Below are positions 39,690 through 47,951 of a stretch of 57,758 nucleotides of DNA, piece after piece. Below the pieces are notes generated by a model. That model worked only from the letters and a program-made list of their open reading frames with translations. It ran no database searches and was not told where the DNA came from. The stretch lies in the IMG/VR virus record IMGVR_UViG_3300020442_000002, positions 1 through 57,758 of that record; one strand, 5' to 3'. The number at the start of each line of letters is the position of its first letter. The first letter of the stretch is position 1. The translations under genes and the position numbers were made by a program. The stretch is from a virus (lineage: Duplodnaviria; Caudoviricetes).

Positions 39690-39791
39690 CGGTCACTCCG
39701 TCGAATCAAACGTTTTAGGATTCAAGTAGGCTTTTCTCCCAAAGTGAGTTGAACTGAATCCGACCAACCCCCCGCAACGGGGGGTTTTTTT
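39687..39791 (+). ncRNA. Candidate trans-acting sRNA antisense to the early-gene RBS
   Basis: Own promoter; 5' hairpin GACGG/CCGTC; stem GGATTCA/TGAATCC with TCTCCCAAAGTG in the loop; terminator. Confidence 0.65.
39766..39791 (+). terminator. Intrinsic terminator
   Basis: AACCCCCCG-caa-CGGGGGGTT plus T run. Confidence 0.85.
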
Positions 39792-39792
39792 A

Positions 39793-40056
39793 TTAATGGA
39801 TGGTGTCTCCATCGCCGGGCGAAAGATTACCCACCTGCAAAAAGCAGGGCCCGGTTTCCCCCAAGTAAATCCCAAGAATATTGAACTCAACGAACTCTTT
39901 TGCTTCGTCCCATGACATGTCGATGCTGTCGTCCATGACAATTTTGATCATCTTCTGAACGTCGTAGACCAACACTTCTTCATCGCCGTCTTTTGTGGAA
40001 ACCGTGCCAATTCCAAGAATGGCTTCGTCAAACCCCTCTGGCCCCATCATTTGCAT
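39793..40056 (-). CDS. Hypothetical protein
   Basis: GFDEAILG...VYD...EAKEFVEFNILG.Y.G..P motif seen in marine phage proteins. Confidence 0.75.
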   Translation of the reverse strand: MQMMGPEGFDEAILGIGTVSTKDGDEEVLVYDVQKMIKIVMDDSIDMSWDEAKEFVEFNILGIYLGETGPCFLQVGNLSPGDGDTIH

Positions 40057-40117
40057 TCAACCTCGACCTATATTATCGTATACAACATATTTTGCTGCCC
40101 ACGAATCGGATTTTAAC

Positions 40118-40933
40118 ATGGACCTGATTAAAGCCATTGACGTTGGGACAGAAAACAACTCAGAAAGCGAGCGCCGTTGTTACATTGGTGCAAGTAACGT
40201 CGGCCATCCTTGCCGGGCCTTCCTTCAGTTTAGCCTTCGTGGCTACCCGCAGAAAAAAGTTCCCCCCGCGGTAAAAAGAATTTTTGAGATAGGCCACATC
40301 ATCGAAGACCTCGTGGTCAAGGACCTCAAAAAAGGTGGGGCCACCGTCTACGAAGTCGATCCTAAAACCAAAGAGCAGTTTGAATACACCTCGTTTGGCG
40401 GACACTTGCGCGGTCACGCCGACGGTATCATCGCGTTTGGCGAAGATAAGGTCATCCCCGAGATCCTTGAGATCAAATCCATGAACGATAAAAAGTGGAT
40501 GATGTTTCGGGACAAAGGCATCCATAAAAGCCACCCCATCTACTACTACCAAACGCAATTGCTAATGGGGTTATCCGGGGCAAAGGGCGCATGGATGGTG
40601 GCATACAACAAAAACAACTCTACCTATCACGCGGAACACGTTCCCTATAATCATAACGATTATGTTTTCCTAATCTACAAGGTTATGTCCGTGGTCCGGG
40701 ACTTGTCGGCAAAGAAGATATCGAGCGACCCCCGAAACTTCCATTGCCGTTATTGCAATTACCGTCCGCATTGCTGGCCCGAGGGGGAAGTATCCCTACC
40801 CCTCCCCGTGGAGTGCCGAACGTGTAAGCACAGCAAACCAGTTGGTAAGCGCAAGTGGTTTTGCACGTTGCACAAGTCACGGGCCACGGACCCCTGTTCA
40901 CAGTGGTACAAAGTGGAGTCTACGGAAGAATGA
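40118..40933 (+). CDS. Cas4-like PD-(D/E)XK exonuclease
   Basis: GHADG...LEIKS, Y..Q and C..C.Y...C Fe-S/Zn ligands. Confidence 0.8.
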   Translation: MDLIKAIDVGTENNSESERRCYIGASNVGHPCRAFLQFSLRGYPQKKVPPAVKRIFEIGHIIEDLVVKDLKKGGATVYEVDPKTKEQFEYTSFGGHLRGHADGIIAFGEDKVIPEILEIKSMNDKKWMMFRDKGIHKSHPIYYYQTQLLMGLSGAKGAWMVAYNKNNSTYHAEHVPYNHNDYVFLIYKVMSVVRDLSAKKISSDPRNFHCRYCNYRPHCWPEGEVSLPLPVECRTCKHSKPVGKRKWFCTLHKSRATDPCSQWYKVESTEE

Positions 40934-41133
40934 GTATGCGCGACGTTTCACGGCCCACGGTCCAATCTGGGGATGTTTGTTGGTGGTGTCGGGGCCGCTT
41001 GATCTGGGGCGGCGATCACGACATTTCGGAAGAAGAAGAGTTCTTTGACATGTCTACTAACCTCACCTGTTCGGACTGCGGCGCACACGTTATCTACTAT
41101 CGCCTAAAGGAAGAAGAAGTGGAGATCTGTTGA
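40930..41133 (+). CDS. Small zinc-ribbon protein
   Basis: CWWC...LIWGGDHD...CSDC. Confidence 0.7.
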   Translation: MSMRDVSRPTVQSGDVCWWCRGRLIWGGDHDISEEEEFFDMSTNLTCSDCGAHVIYYRLKEEEVEIC

Positions 41134-41219
41134 TGGACGAAGAAGACAAGCGCATCCAGCCCGATTGGAAGGATTACTTCATCATAGGGTTGCTTTTATT
41201 AATTATGACCCTAGTATGA
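41133..41219 (+). CDS. Tiny TM peptide (28 aa)
   Basis: MDEEDKRIQPDWKDYFIIGLLLLIMTLV; TGATG coupling. Confidence 0.45.
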   Translation: MDEEDKRIQPDWKDYFIIGLLLLIMTLV

Positions 41220-41249
41220 AGGCACCTAATCGCGTGTGGGGGCAGGCGG

Positions 41250-41765
41250 TTGAAAAAATACCCATGCCATTGGTGTGGCGAAGAAAAATTATATAGAGAC
41301 TTTGCGGCCCGCTTCAAAAAGGGCGGCAAGCTAGTTCGCTATCGAAGCCAAGCGCCAAGCTGCTCTGCTTGCGACGTTAAACGTCAAAGCGAAAGCATCC
41401 ACAAAAACCGTATCAACTTCCTTAACACAAAGTTGCGGGACATCGAACGCCGGGCAAAAAAAGACGGCCACAAGATCTCCGTCAAATGCACCGTCGATTT
41501 TTTCTTGGAGTTGTTTGAGGCGCAACAAGGGCTGTGCGCCATCACCGGGCTACCCATGACATGGGGCCACGAAAACCAACACGGCAACAGCGGCAACCGG
41601 CGCGGCACCAACATATCAATAGACCGGATAAACTCAGACCAGATGTACAGCCCGGACAACGTCCGCCTAGTCTGTGACCGCGTCAACAAGATACGATCCA
41701 ACATGGACGACACCGACCTCTACTTCTGGTGCGCCCAAATTGCAGCAAGTATCCGAAGAATCTAA
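41250..41765 (+). CDS. HNH-like endonuclease
   Basis: CAITG...SIDRI.S..Y..DNVRLVC..VN. Confidence 0.7.
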   Translation: MKKYPCHWCGEEKLYRDFAARFKKGGKLVRYRSQAPSCSACDVKRQSESIHKNRINFLNTKLRDIERRAKKDGHKISVKCTVDFFLELFEAQQGLCAITGLPMTWGHENQHGNSGNRRGTNISIDRINSDQMYSPDNVRLVCDRVNKIRSNMDDTDLYFWCAQIAASIRRI

Positions 41766-41923
41766 CGCTTGCGAAGCTTCTTGGCCGCGTCTTCGATTAG
41801 CTTGAGCCGCTTCTCGTAAAACGACAACGACTCTTCACCGACCTCGGCCATCGGATCTTCGTCAACGTAATTCTCTGCCTCTTCCAACGCGTCTTCCCAC
41901 TCGTCCCCCGGATCACGGTTCAC
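41762..41923 (-). CDS. Small acidic protein (53 aa)
   Basis: GTG start overlapping the upstream stop (GTGA), GGAG RBS. Confidence 0.55.
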   Translation of the reverse strand: MNRDPGDEWEDALEEAENYVDEDPMAEVGEESLSFYEKRLKLIEDAAKKLRKR

Positions 41924-42177
41924 GGGTCTAACTCCGTGATACTCATGACCCAGCCCATGGGAATGGCAATCTCAGCATCGCCCTCGACTACGTTTCCGTC
42001 GGCATCTGGAATGATGTGCGGACAGACAATCAAGCGCTCTTCATCTATATGAATCACTGCGCCACAAGACAGGATCGTCGCTTCACGGATCTGCTTTAGA
42101 TCTTCTAGCGGCCTCCAGCCCTCTTTTGTTCCCCCACATGCATCGCGCCACTCAACTAAATAAAGCTTGGTGTTCAT
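41920..42177 (-). CDS. Hypothetical protein (VEWxDA family)
   Basis: LVEWRDA...GW...IP.G.V..I. Confidence 0.7.
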   Translation of the reverse strand: MNTKLYLVEWRDACGGTKEGWRPLEDLKQIREATILSCGAVIHIDEERLIVCPHIIPDADGNVVEGDAEIAIPMGWVMSITELDP

Positions 42178-42249
42178 CTTGTATACGACTCGTGTATGCG
42201 ATAAAGTATTGTTCTACCTTTAAGCCTACTACATAACCGAGGAAAAAGA

Positions 42250-42531
42250 ATGAAATTCAACCCCATGCTACGCATTACCCGGAAAGCTGACCGCGTCGAA
42301 GCGGCTAAATCTTTTGAAGACAACGAAGGCTTCCGGGAGTACGTGATGGACATGCTGGAGAAGCGGGCTAAAGAATCCCCGGCGTCAGAAGAGTATAAGC
42401 TTATGGAGTCTTTGAGCTATGCCTCCACCGATGAGGACTTTGTGTTCAAGTTGTGCCAGATGGGCTACATCATCTACACCGACTTCCTCATGGATGCTTA
42501 TGCGGGGTTTGAAAAGAAGCATTTGCACTAA
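42250..42531 (+). CDS. Hypothetical protein
   Basis: GAGG RBS; GTATGCGATA upstream at 42194. Confidence 0.7.
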   Translation: MKFNPMLRITRKADRVEAAKSFEDNEGFREYVMDMLEKRAKESPASEEYKLMESLSYASTDEDFVFKLCQMGYIIYTDFLMDAYAGFEKKHLH

Positions 42532-42752
42532 TGCGCCATTGTTACGTTTGTAACAAATCCGGCGTCCCAATCAAAAACGCTTTATGCGAGAGGTGTTCTA
42601 GTGACCTTTATGGAATGGGCCCTGACCATGTCCCTGCTTTCCAACGTAATCCTGTTCGCTGCGCTTCAGCAACAGAAACATCAATTGACCGTCTTGAAAG
42701 ACAACGCCAAGAGGTTCGCGAAATATTAATGGCTAAATGGGGAGATTCATGA
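42531..42752 (+). CDS. Small Cys-containing protein
   Basis: CYVC...CERC; coupled on both sides. Confidence 0.55.
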   Translation: MRHCYVCNKSGVPIKNALCERCSSDLYGMGPDHVPAFQRNPVRCASATETSIDRLERQRQEVREILMAKWGDS

Positions 42753-43456
42753 GCTTGTTCAAAAAGCGTCCATTAGAGTTAAAGGCTTATTGTTCAGATA
42801 TAGCTGTCGTAGATTTTTACCCGATTGCTCCCGCGCAAAAGCACATTCCAAAGTGGTGGAAAAATTTAAAAACGCCGAGCTGGGAAGAGGCTATCCCGGA
42901 TGGGGTGGACTCGGTGACAAGCATGAAAAGTTGCCCGGGGTTTGTCGGCCTATACAAACAAGGCTTTATCGTCCCGGCCCCTTGTGACCTTGGGATAATG
43001 ATTAGGAATGACGAAATTTATATTCAAGCGGCGTCGGACATTCCAGCCGCTTTTCATTCAAAAACCCAACATCGCGGCTGGTTGGACAGTGGTTATCAAA
43101 ACGCAAAAGTGTATTTGCCGTGGCACCTTGTCTGCAATGACCCCAGTGTGGAGTTTTTACTGACGGCCCCGCAGTATTTAGACGAAGAGTATTACGATGA
43201 TTTTTTTATCCCTTCTGGCGTCACTAACTTTAGGTATTCCCGAAGTATTCATTGGCACCTCATGTTGAGGTTAGGCAAAGACAAGGAAATTCTAATCCCC
43301 GCGGGCAGGCCCTTGTGGCACATCATCCCTTTGACAAATAAAAAAATTAATTTATCTGTTCATCACGAAACAGAAGAAAATATTAAAAAATTAGCCCCTG
43401 CCTACCAAAACGCCGGAAAATTCTTTTACGGTGGTTTCTCAAAACCAAGGAGATAA
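42749..43456 (+). CDS. Hypothetical protein of a family often found beside phage 2OG oxygenases
   Basis: PKWWK...MKSCPG...G....PW...G.PL..IIP. Confidence 0.6.
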   Translation: MSLFKKRPLELKAYCSDIAVVDFYPIAPAQKHIPKWWKNLKTPSWEEAIPDGVDSVTSMKSCPGFVGLYKQGFIVPAPCDLGIMIRNDEIYIQAASDIPAAFHSKTQHRGWLDSGYQNAKVYLPWHLVCNDPSVEFLLTAPQYLDEEYYDDFFIPSGVTNFRYSRSIHWHLMLRLGKDKEILIPAGRPLWHIIPLTNKKINLSVHHETEENIKKLAPAYQNAGKFFYGGFSKPRR

Positions 43457-43458
43457 TT

Positions 43459-44127
43459 ATGGAAATTACTGACGTTAAGATTGAGGATTTTGTAGGTGTT
43501 TTCGACACTACCTTTGACACGCAGCCGCTATTGGATTACTACGCCTATGCGGAAAAAACAGGCATGTGCGTTACCCGTAGATCTTTGCCTACGTCGGATC
43601 AAGCCGGAAACATAGTGCAAGAAGATGCGCCTTTTTATCCCAATACCAGAACCGACTCCGGGCTGACTACGGCGTATTGGGCAGAGAGACATAGGAACCT
43701 GTCCCCAGCCAGTGAATACATGCTTGCTTTAGATGAGCATATGGATTATGTCCGAGGCTATTGCGGCGCACTTTCTAAGGGGTTTGAGGTGTATTGCGAA
43801 AGTTATGAGGGGCTGACGAACATGCATCTTCAACATTCGTATTTTAACCTCCAGAAGACGTTGCCCAAGCAGGGATATCACACGTGGCATTGTGAGAACA
43901 CTGGAAAGCATTGTACGCGCCGGGTTCTAGTGACCATGATGTATTTAAACGATGATTTTGAGGGAGGCGAGACCGAGTTTTTATATCAGTCACTACGCAT
44001 TCAGCCTAAAAAAGGCCGAATGTTGATCTGGCCCGCAGGCTTTACCCACACGCACAGAGGCAATCCGCCTCTCTCCGGGGACGGGAAATACATCGCAACG
44101 GGGTGGATAGAGGCGGTTCCGTTATGA
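43459..44127 (+). CDS. 2OG-Fe(II) oxygenase (prolyl-4-hydroxylase-like)
   Basis: WHCE, YLND.FEGGETEF, WPA.FTH.HRG, KY.ATGW. Confidence 0.85.
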   Translation: MEITDVKIEDFVGVFDTTFDTQPLLDYYAYAEKTGMCVTRRSLPTSDQAGNIVQEDAPFYPNTRTDSGLTTAYWAERHRNLSPASEYMLALDEHMDYVRGYCGALSKGFEVYCESYEGLTNMHLQHSYFNLQKTLPKQGYHTWHCENTGKHCTRRVLVTMMYLNDDFEGGETEFLYQSLRIQPKKGRMLIWPAGFTHTHRGNPPLSGDGKYIATGWIEAVPL

Positions 44128-44858
44128 GCAAAATTTTTCAAAGCATAACAGACGTTCCGACGACGCCGTTGTTTGGGGAATTAATCAATCCGTTAAGCCC
44201 AACATATCGTGAGTTTAAATCATGGCTAATGGACAAGCGTTCCACGCCCAAGTTGTACATAGTGGAGCCCACGGCTGACGAAACTCCCGAATGGTATTTA
44301 AGCCCGGATTTTCGTTACGTTTTTAGTCGCAGCTTCCATAAACGAGACGTTGTGGGAGCGAAGTGGGGAGACGAAGAGCTTTGGTCCAAGGGCTATGAAG
44401 CGAAAGAGACGGACCCCAAAGCACCCATGCTACGGGAGATCATAGCGGAGATTTTGCAACACAACGGGTTGGAGCTAGACACGCTTTATCGTTCAGCTTT
44501 TAACGTAACGCTGCCCCGGGCCAACGTCCCCGGCACTCCAAAAGGAATTGCGCTTCCCCATGTTGACGATAATTTTCCGCACTTGGTTATGCTGATTTAT
44601 TTAAATACGTGTAGTGGGGATACCATCCTCACGGATCGACTCCTTAACAACAATGAAGGAACGTACCGCTGGCCATTTAAAGACTTCGTGCAAAACTCTC
44701 CACAACACGAGAGCGAGTGCGAAATCTTGGAAAGAATTCCACCAGTAGCCGACAAGGTGGTTATTTTTGATGGGAAGCGCTACCACTACAACGAGTGCCC
44801 TCTTCCCGGGGAGCCCCACCGCCTAGCACTCGTCGCTACCTTCTCTTTAAAGCGCTAA
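44124..44858 (+). CDS. 2OG-Fe(II) oxygenase-like protein
   Basis: PHVD, IYLN..GDT, FDG.RYH, distal R. Confidence 0.7.
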   Translation: MSKIFQSITDVPTTPLFGELINPLSPTYREFKSWLMDKRSTPKLYIVEPTADETPEWYLSPDFRYVFSRSFHKRDVVGAKWGDEELWSKGYEAKETDPKAPMLREIIAEILQHNGLELDTLYRSAFNVTLPRANVPGTPKGIALPHVDDNFPHLVMLIYLNTCSGDTILTDRLLNNNEGTYRWPFKDFVQNSPQHESECEILERIPPVADKVVIFDGKRYHYNECPLPGEPHRLALVATFSLKR

Positions 44859-44934
44859 GTTTTTATTTCCTTTTGATATAAGCTTATATCAAACTCTGAT
44901 TGATCCTGCCCCCGGGGTATGCGATACTATGGGG

Positions 44935-44950
44935 TGTTCCACGTGGAACA
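44935..44950. promoter_or_regulatory. parS-like palindrome TGTTCCACGTGGAACA (copy 1)
   Basis: Perfect 16-bp palindrome matching chromosomal parS. Confidence 0.8.
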
Positions 44951-44977
44951 CTCTTTTAACTACTTTGGGATTTAATC

Positions 44978-45235
44978 ATGAAACCAGAAACCACTAACGA
45001 CGTACCGCTGACCCAAGCGGAAACGCAATACGGCAAACCCCAAGACCGCATCGTCAAGCTGCTCCAGCTAGGATTCAGCCGGGATGAAGTCTTTTACGAC
45101 ATCTGCGAAAAATGCTCCATGTCTACCACCCACAGCCGGTCACCCAAAAAGCGTAAGCAGGAACTCGCTAACCTCATCGCCCAAATAGACAGCATGAGCG
45201 TCTTCGCCACCGGCACCATCCCGGAGGGCGCGTGA
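44978..45235 (+). CDS. Hypothetical protein with a variant early-type leader
   Basis: TTGATC-N17-GATACT, GTATGCGATA and ACTTTGGGA upstream. Confidence 0.7.
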   Translation: MKPETTNDVPLTQAETQYGKPQDRIVKLLQLGFSRDEVFYDICEKCSMSTTHSRSPKKRKQELANLIAQIDSMSVFATGTIPEGA

Positions 45236-45396
45236 AAGACAAAGAAAGGGGCTGGGTGGAGATTATGGATAGCACCCTGAGAATCCGGGAGGATGGCCGC
45301 GTGGACTGCTACAGCCCCGCAGGCTACCGCATCCTCGACCTCGACAACCTTCCCGAGGAAACACAACAAAAGCTCAAGGACGCGGCAGGTGAGTAA
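45232..45396 (+). CDS. Small hypothetical protein (54 aa)
   Basis: GTGA coupling, GGAGG RBS. Confidence 0.55.
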   Translation: MKDKERGWVEIMDSTLRIREDGRVDCYSPAGYRILDLDNLPEETQQKLKDAAGE

Positions 45397-45484
45397 CCGA
45401 ATAGGTGAACTGCTCGTCGCCGCGGCTATCGCCGTAGCCGGGATAAGCGTCATCATCGGCGTACTATTCCTCTTGATCCTTTGA
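45389..45484 (+). CDS. Tiny TM peptide
   Basis: MSNRIGELLVAAAIAVAGISVIIGVLFLLIL. Confidence 0.4.
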   Translation: MSNRIGELLVAAAIAVAGISVIIGVLFLLIL

Positions 45485-45488
45485 TCGT

Positions 45489-45542
45489 GACCCGGGGTCC
45501 GTGAATAGGTCATTTCTGGCCACGGTTCACGGACCTCGGGTC
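45489..45542. repeat. 17-bp inverted repeat
   Basis: GACCCGGGGTCCGTGAA / TTCACGGACCTCGGGTC, one mismatch. Confidence 0.75.
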
Positions 45543-45555
45543 TTAATTTCGCTAT

Positions 45556-45790
45556 CTATATAGTGTTTTCCCAGAGAAATAAAAAAATAAAAAATAAATT
45601 AAAAATAGGCGTAACCGGCGTAACCGCGTAACCATGGCCTGAAAGCCGCACAAACACTGGGTTTTTGTGGTTACAGCGGGTTACACGGGTATACGCCATT
45701 ATGTGCAGAGTTTGTTAATCAGGCTATTGCTATTGAGGTTTTTCAGTTTTGAAAAAAATTATTTTTATTTTTCTGGGAAATATATATAGG
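45556..45790. other. Putative replication origin: AT-rich inverted arms enclosing opposed GTAACC iterons
   Basis: Arms ctatatagtgttttcccagagaaataaaa / ttttatttttctgggaaatatatatag; CGTAACC x3, GGTTAC x2. Confidence 0.55.
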
Positions 45791-45844
45791 GAGGGCAAAA
45801 TTAAGGTATGGTTATGCTGACTTACTCACATATAGGGGCCTTCC

Positions 45845-46462
45845 ATGCCTAAACAGAAAAGCCGCTATGCCAAGGTGCTGGACACCAAAGCGGCATCCCT
45901 TCCCGAAGCCAAGCGCCAGAAGCGCAATCGACCTCCGCTGGCCGAAAAGCGCCTGACCCGAAAGCAGGAGCTTTTTGTCCGGGAACTCGTGTCAAAAGAT
46001 GGACAGATCACCATGCGGGAAGCGGCAATCAACGCAGGCTATCCCGAACGGTCTGCCCATGTCCGAGCCTCTGAATTAACTAACCCCAAGATTAGCCCGC
46101 ACGTTTGCCGTGCGATCCGCGAATATCGACAGGAGCTTGATCAAAAGTACGGCGTGGAATACCAGCGCCACCTGCGGGATCTTCAAGTCATCCGAGATGC
46201 AGCGCTAGAGAACGGTGCGTTTTCTGCCGCAGTGCAGGCCGAGTATCGGCGGGGTCAGGCGCAGGGGGACATCTACGTCAACAAGACGGAAATCCGGCAC
46301 GGCACGATTGAGCAGATGAGCAAAGAAGAAGTCTTGAAAGCTCTGGAAGAACTCAAGCAGGTGTATGCGCCCTTGACACACGATGCCGGAGTGGAGGATG
46401 CTGGTAATAGAAAAAAAGCAAGAGAACGTCTGGGAGATCAAGCAGTAGATGTTTCTGATTAG
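45845..46462 (+). CDS. terS: Terminase small subunit
   Basis: LTRKQELFV...EAAINAGY...A...ASEL..P.V: HTH pattern of the Terminase_2 family. Confidence 0.7.
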   Translation: MPKQKSRYAKVLDTKAASLPEAKRQKRNRPPLAEKRLTRKQELFVRELVSKDGQITMREAAINAGYPERSAHVRASELTNPKISPHVCRAIREYRQELDQKYGVEYQRHLRDLQVIRDAALENGAFSAAVQAEYRRGQAQGDIYVNKTEIRHGTIEQMSKEEVLKALEELKQVYAPLTHDAGVEDAGNRKKARERLGDQAVDVSD

Positions 46463-46604
46463 ATTCTTTGGCCGCCTTTGGTTTGGCCGTGAGAAGTGGG
46501 CGATCATGAATGAAGAGCAGACGCCCATTGTGTATCGACCCAAGGCATTTATGTCTGAGTTAGAGCGGTTAGACTTTGAAGGCCTGATGAAACAGGATGA
46601 TTAA
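46449..46604 (+). CDS. Small hypothetical protein (51 aa)
   Basis: Fills the gap and overlaps neighbours. Confidence 0.4.
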   Translation: MFLIRFFGRLWFGREKWAIMNEEQTPIVYRPKAFMSELERLDFEGLMKQDD

Positions 46605-47046
46605 AGTAAAGAACCTACCACACACGGTGACTGATATTTTAGACACGCCGGTTAAGGCGAAGCGCCCTCGCGAAGCCAGCTTTTGGCAGGCCATGAAACA
46701 GGCCATGAAAACACATCACCCTGATTGGAGTGCCACGCGATTAGAGTCTCGTGCCACGCAGGGTGTGCCCGACGCTTTAATTTTGGACAGCGACGGTAAT
46801 TGGCATCTGGTGGAGTTGAAGACCACTCAAAACAATTCTGTCCGCATCTCGCCTCATCAGGTAGCTTTTGCTACCAAACACGCCCACGGCAGTTGCTGGA
46901 TCGCAGTTAAGCACCCTGCGGGGGTGTCCCTGTACCGTGGCGATTGCGTGATGGATCTGCGCCTAGATGGATTGGACTCTGAGCCCACCGCGCTTTTCCC
47001 CACGCCCGTAGATTGGGCGGCCTTTTTCAAAACACTTGCCACATAA
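46597..47046 (+). CDS. VRR-NUC / Holliday-junction-resolvase-like PD-(D/E)XK nuclease
   Basis: E..F...GVPD...VELK...ISPHQ. Confidence 0.75.
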   Translation: MIKVKNLPHTVTDILDTPVKAKRPREASFWQAMKQAMKTHHPDWSATRLESRATQGVPDALILDSDGNWHLVELKTTQNNSVRISPHQVAFATKHAHGSCWIAVKHPAGVSLYRGDCVMDLRLDGLDSEPTALFPTPVDWAAFFKTLAT

Positions 47047-47105
47047 CTAATCAATCGCATACACTCGGTGTAGGCAATGATGCCTGCACATATTGGGAGG
47101 TGTGT

Positions 47106-47324
47106 ATGAGTATGTTGTGTGAGTTGTGGACCGTGGAGTCTGGTGAAAAGGTCCGGTGGTTTGAAACTGAGAAAAGCGCTCGGGAGTTTGCGCGGGATAT
47201 GTTCAATGTCCACGAGGATGGGGTGCCTTTCGTCAACTGGATCACGTTGGTAGACAAAGCGGATTTGTGTTGGCAGTTAAACCATCTGGAACAATTTACG
47301 CCAGACCACTGGGAGGATGCGTGA
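47106..47324 (+). CDS. Early-region hypothetical protein
   Basis: GGGAGG RBS, 9-bp leader hairpin and promoter TTGCCA-N18-TACACT upstream. Confidence 0.7.
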   Translation: MSMLCELWTVESGEKVRWFETEKSAREFARDMFNVHEDGVPFVNWITLVDKADLCWQLNHLEQFTPDHWEDA

Positions 47325-47530
47325 TGACAAGAGGTGAAGCTGCGGAACAGCGGTATGCTGGATTGAACTATGACCACTCCTTGCCGCAGGGTTGGGTAGA
47401 CGCCTGCAGTGAGAAGGGCATGGACCCGAGGGGTCATTTCGTTTGGCTGTTTGATGATTATGTCGGACGGCCCGCCCCGATCACCGAGGAGGGCGACCGG
47501 ATCGTTAGCCTGCTGGCTCGCACCCCATGA
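47324..47530 (+). CDS. Early-region hypothetical protein
   Basis: GGAGG RBS; TGATG coupling. Confidence 0.7.
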   Translation: MTRGEAAEQRYAGLNYDHSLPQGWVDACSEKGMDPRGHFVWLFDDYVGRPAPITEEGDRIVSLLARTP

Positions 47531-47694
47531 TCACTCATGCGTTTGATCTGGGCTTTGATATTGAGTGCGGCCTGTCCGATCCCGAAGACATTCCTGCCGA
47601 GGTTTTGAGGGCCGCGATTCAGCAATTGGTAGACAGCCTGTCCGACGAAGAATTATTGAACGCCTGCGCCATCGTAGACAGCGTTGCGCACTGA
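47527..47694 (+). CDS. Small acidic early protein (55 aa)
   Basis: MITHAFDLGFDIECG...; ATGA coupling; terminator follows. Confidence 0.6.
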   Translation: MITHAFDLGFDIECGLSDPEDIPAEVLRAAIQQLVDSLSDEELLNACAIVDSVAH

Positions 47695-47714
47695 CCCCGC
47701 TCCGGCGGGGTTTT
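47695..47714 (+). terminator. Intrinsic terminator (identical to 48371)
   Basis: CCCCGC-tccg-GCGGGG-TTTT. Confidence 0.75.
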
Positions 47715-47821
47715 CCTTGTCAAGCTTTTTTTTCGCGCCCCGCAAACCCGCACCGTTATTGAACCCGCCTTTTCAAATCGCCCCGATTTGGCCTGTTTTT
47801 GAAATTTTAAAAAATACCGTA

Positions 47822-47830
47822 TGTTATAAT
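47822..47830 (+). promoter_or_regulatory. Extended -10 promoter element
   Basis: TGTTATAAT (TGn-TATAAT) with AT-rich upstream sequence. Confidence 0.65.
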
Positions 47831-47857
47831 ATGCGCATCAAGTCCAAGCGACTTCGA

Positions 47858-47869
47858 TGCTCTTTAACA
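47858..47869 (+). promoter_or_regulatory. boxA antitermination element
   Basis: TGCTCTTTAACA equals the rrn boxA consensus and follows a hairpin (47835-47860). Confidence 0.7.
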
Positions 47870-47951
47870 GCGCTGGCCTAGCACCGAGACGCGAGTCCGC
47901 TATCGGATGGCAACTTCTCAAAAACTTCATTTTCACTTTGGGAGACAAGCA

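Noticed and set aside
39693-39746. CACTTTGGGAGA on the minus strand as an eighth RBS
   Set aside because: It would serve only a 10-codon TTG ORF and lacks the GTATGCGATA leader; promoter and U-tailed terminator both point to + strand transcription.
39687-39791. tRNA gene
   Set aside because: No cloverleaf, T-loop consensus or acceptor stem; no tRNA was recognised anywhere in the window.
40118-40933. Cas4 as part of a CRISPR system
   Set aside because: Stand-alone Cas4-like nucleases are common in phage replication modules, and there is no array or other cas gene.
44951-44961. Second boxA (CTCTTTTAAC)
   Set aside because: It has an extra T and lacks the 5' TG; too weak to call.
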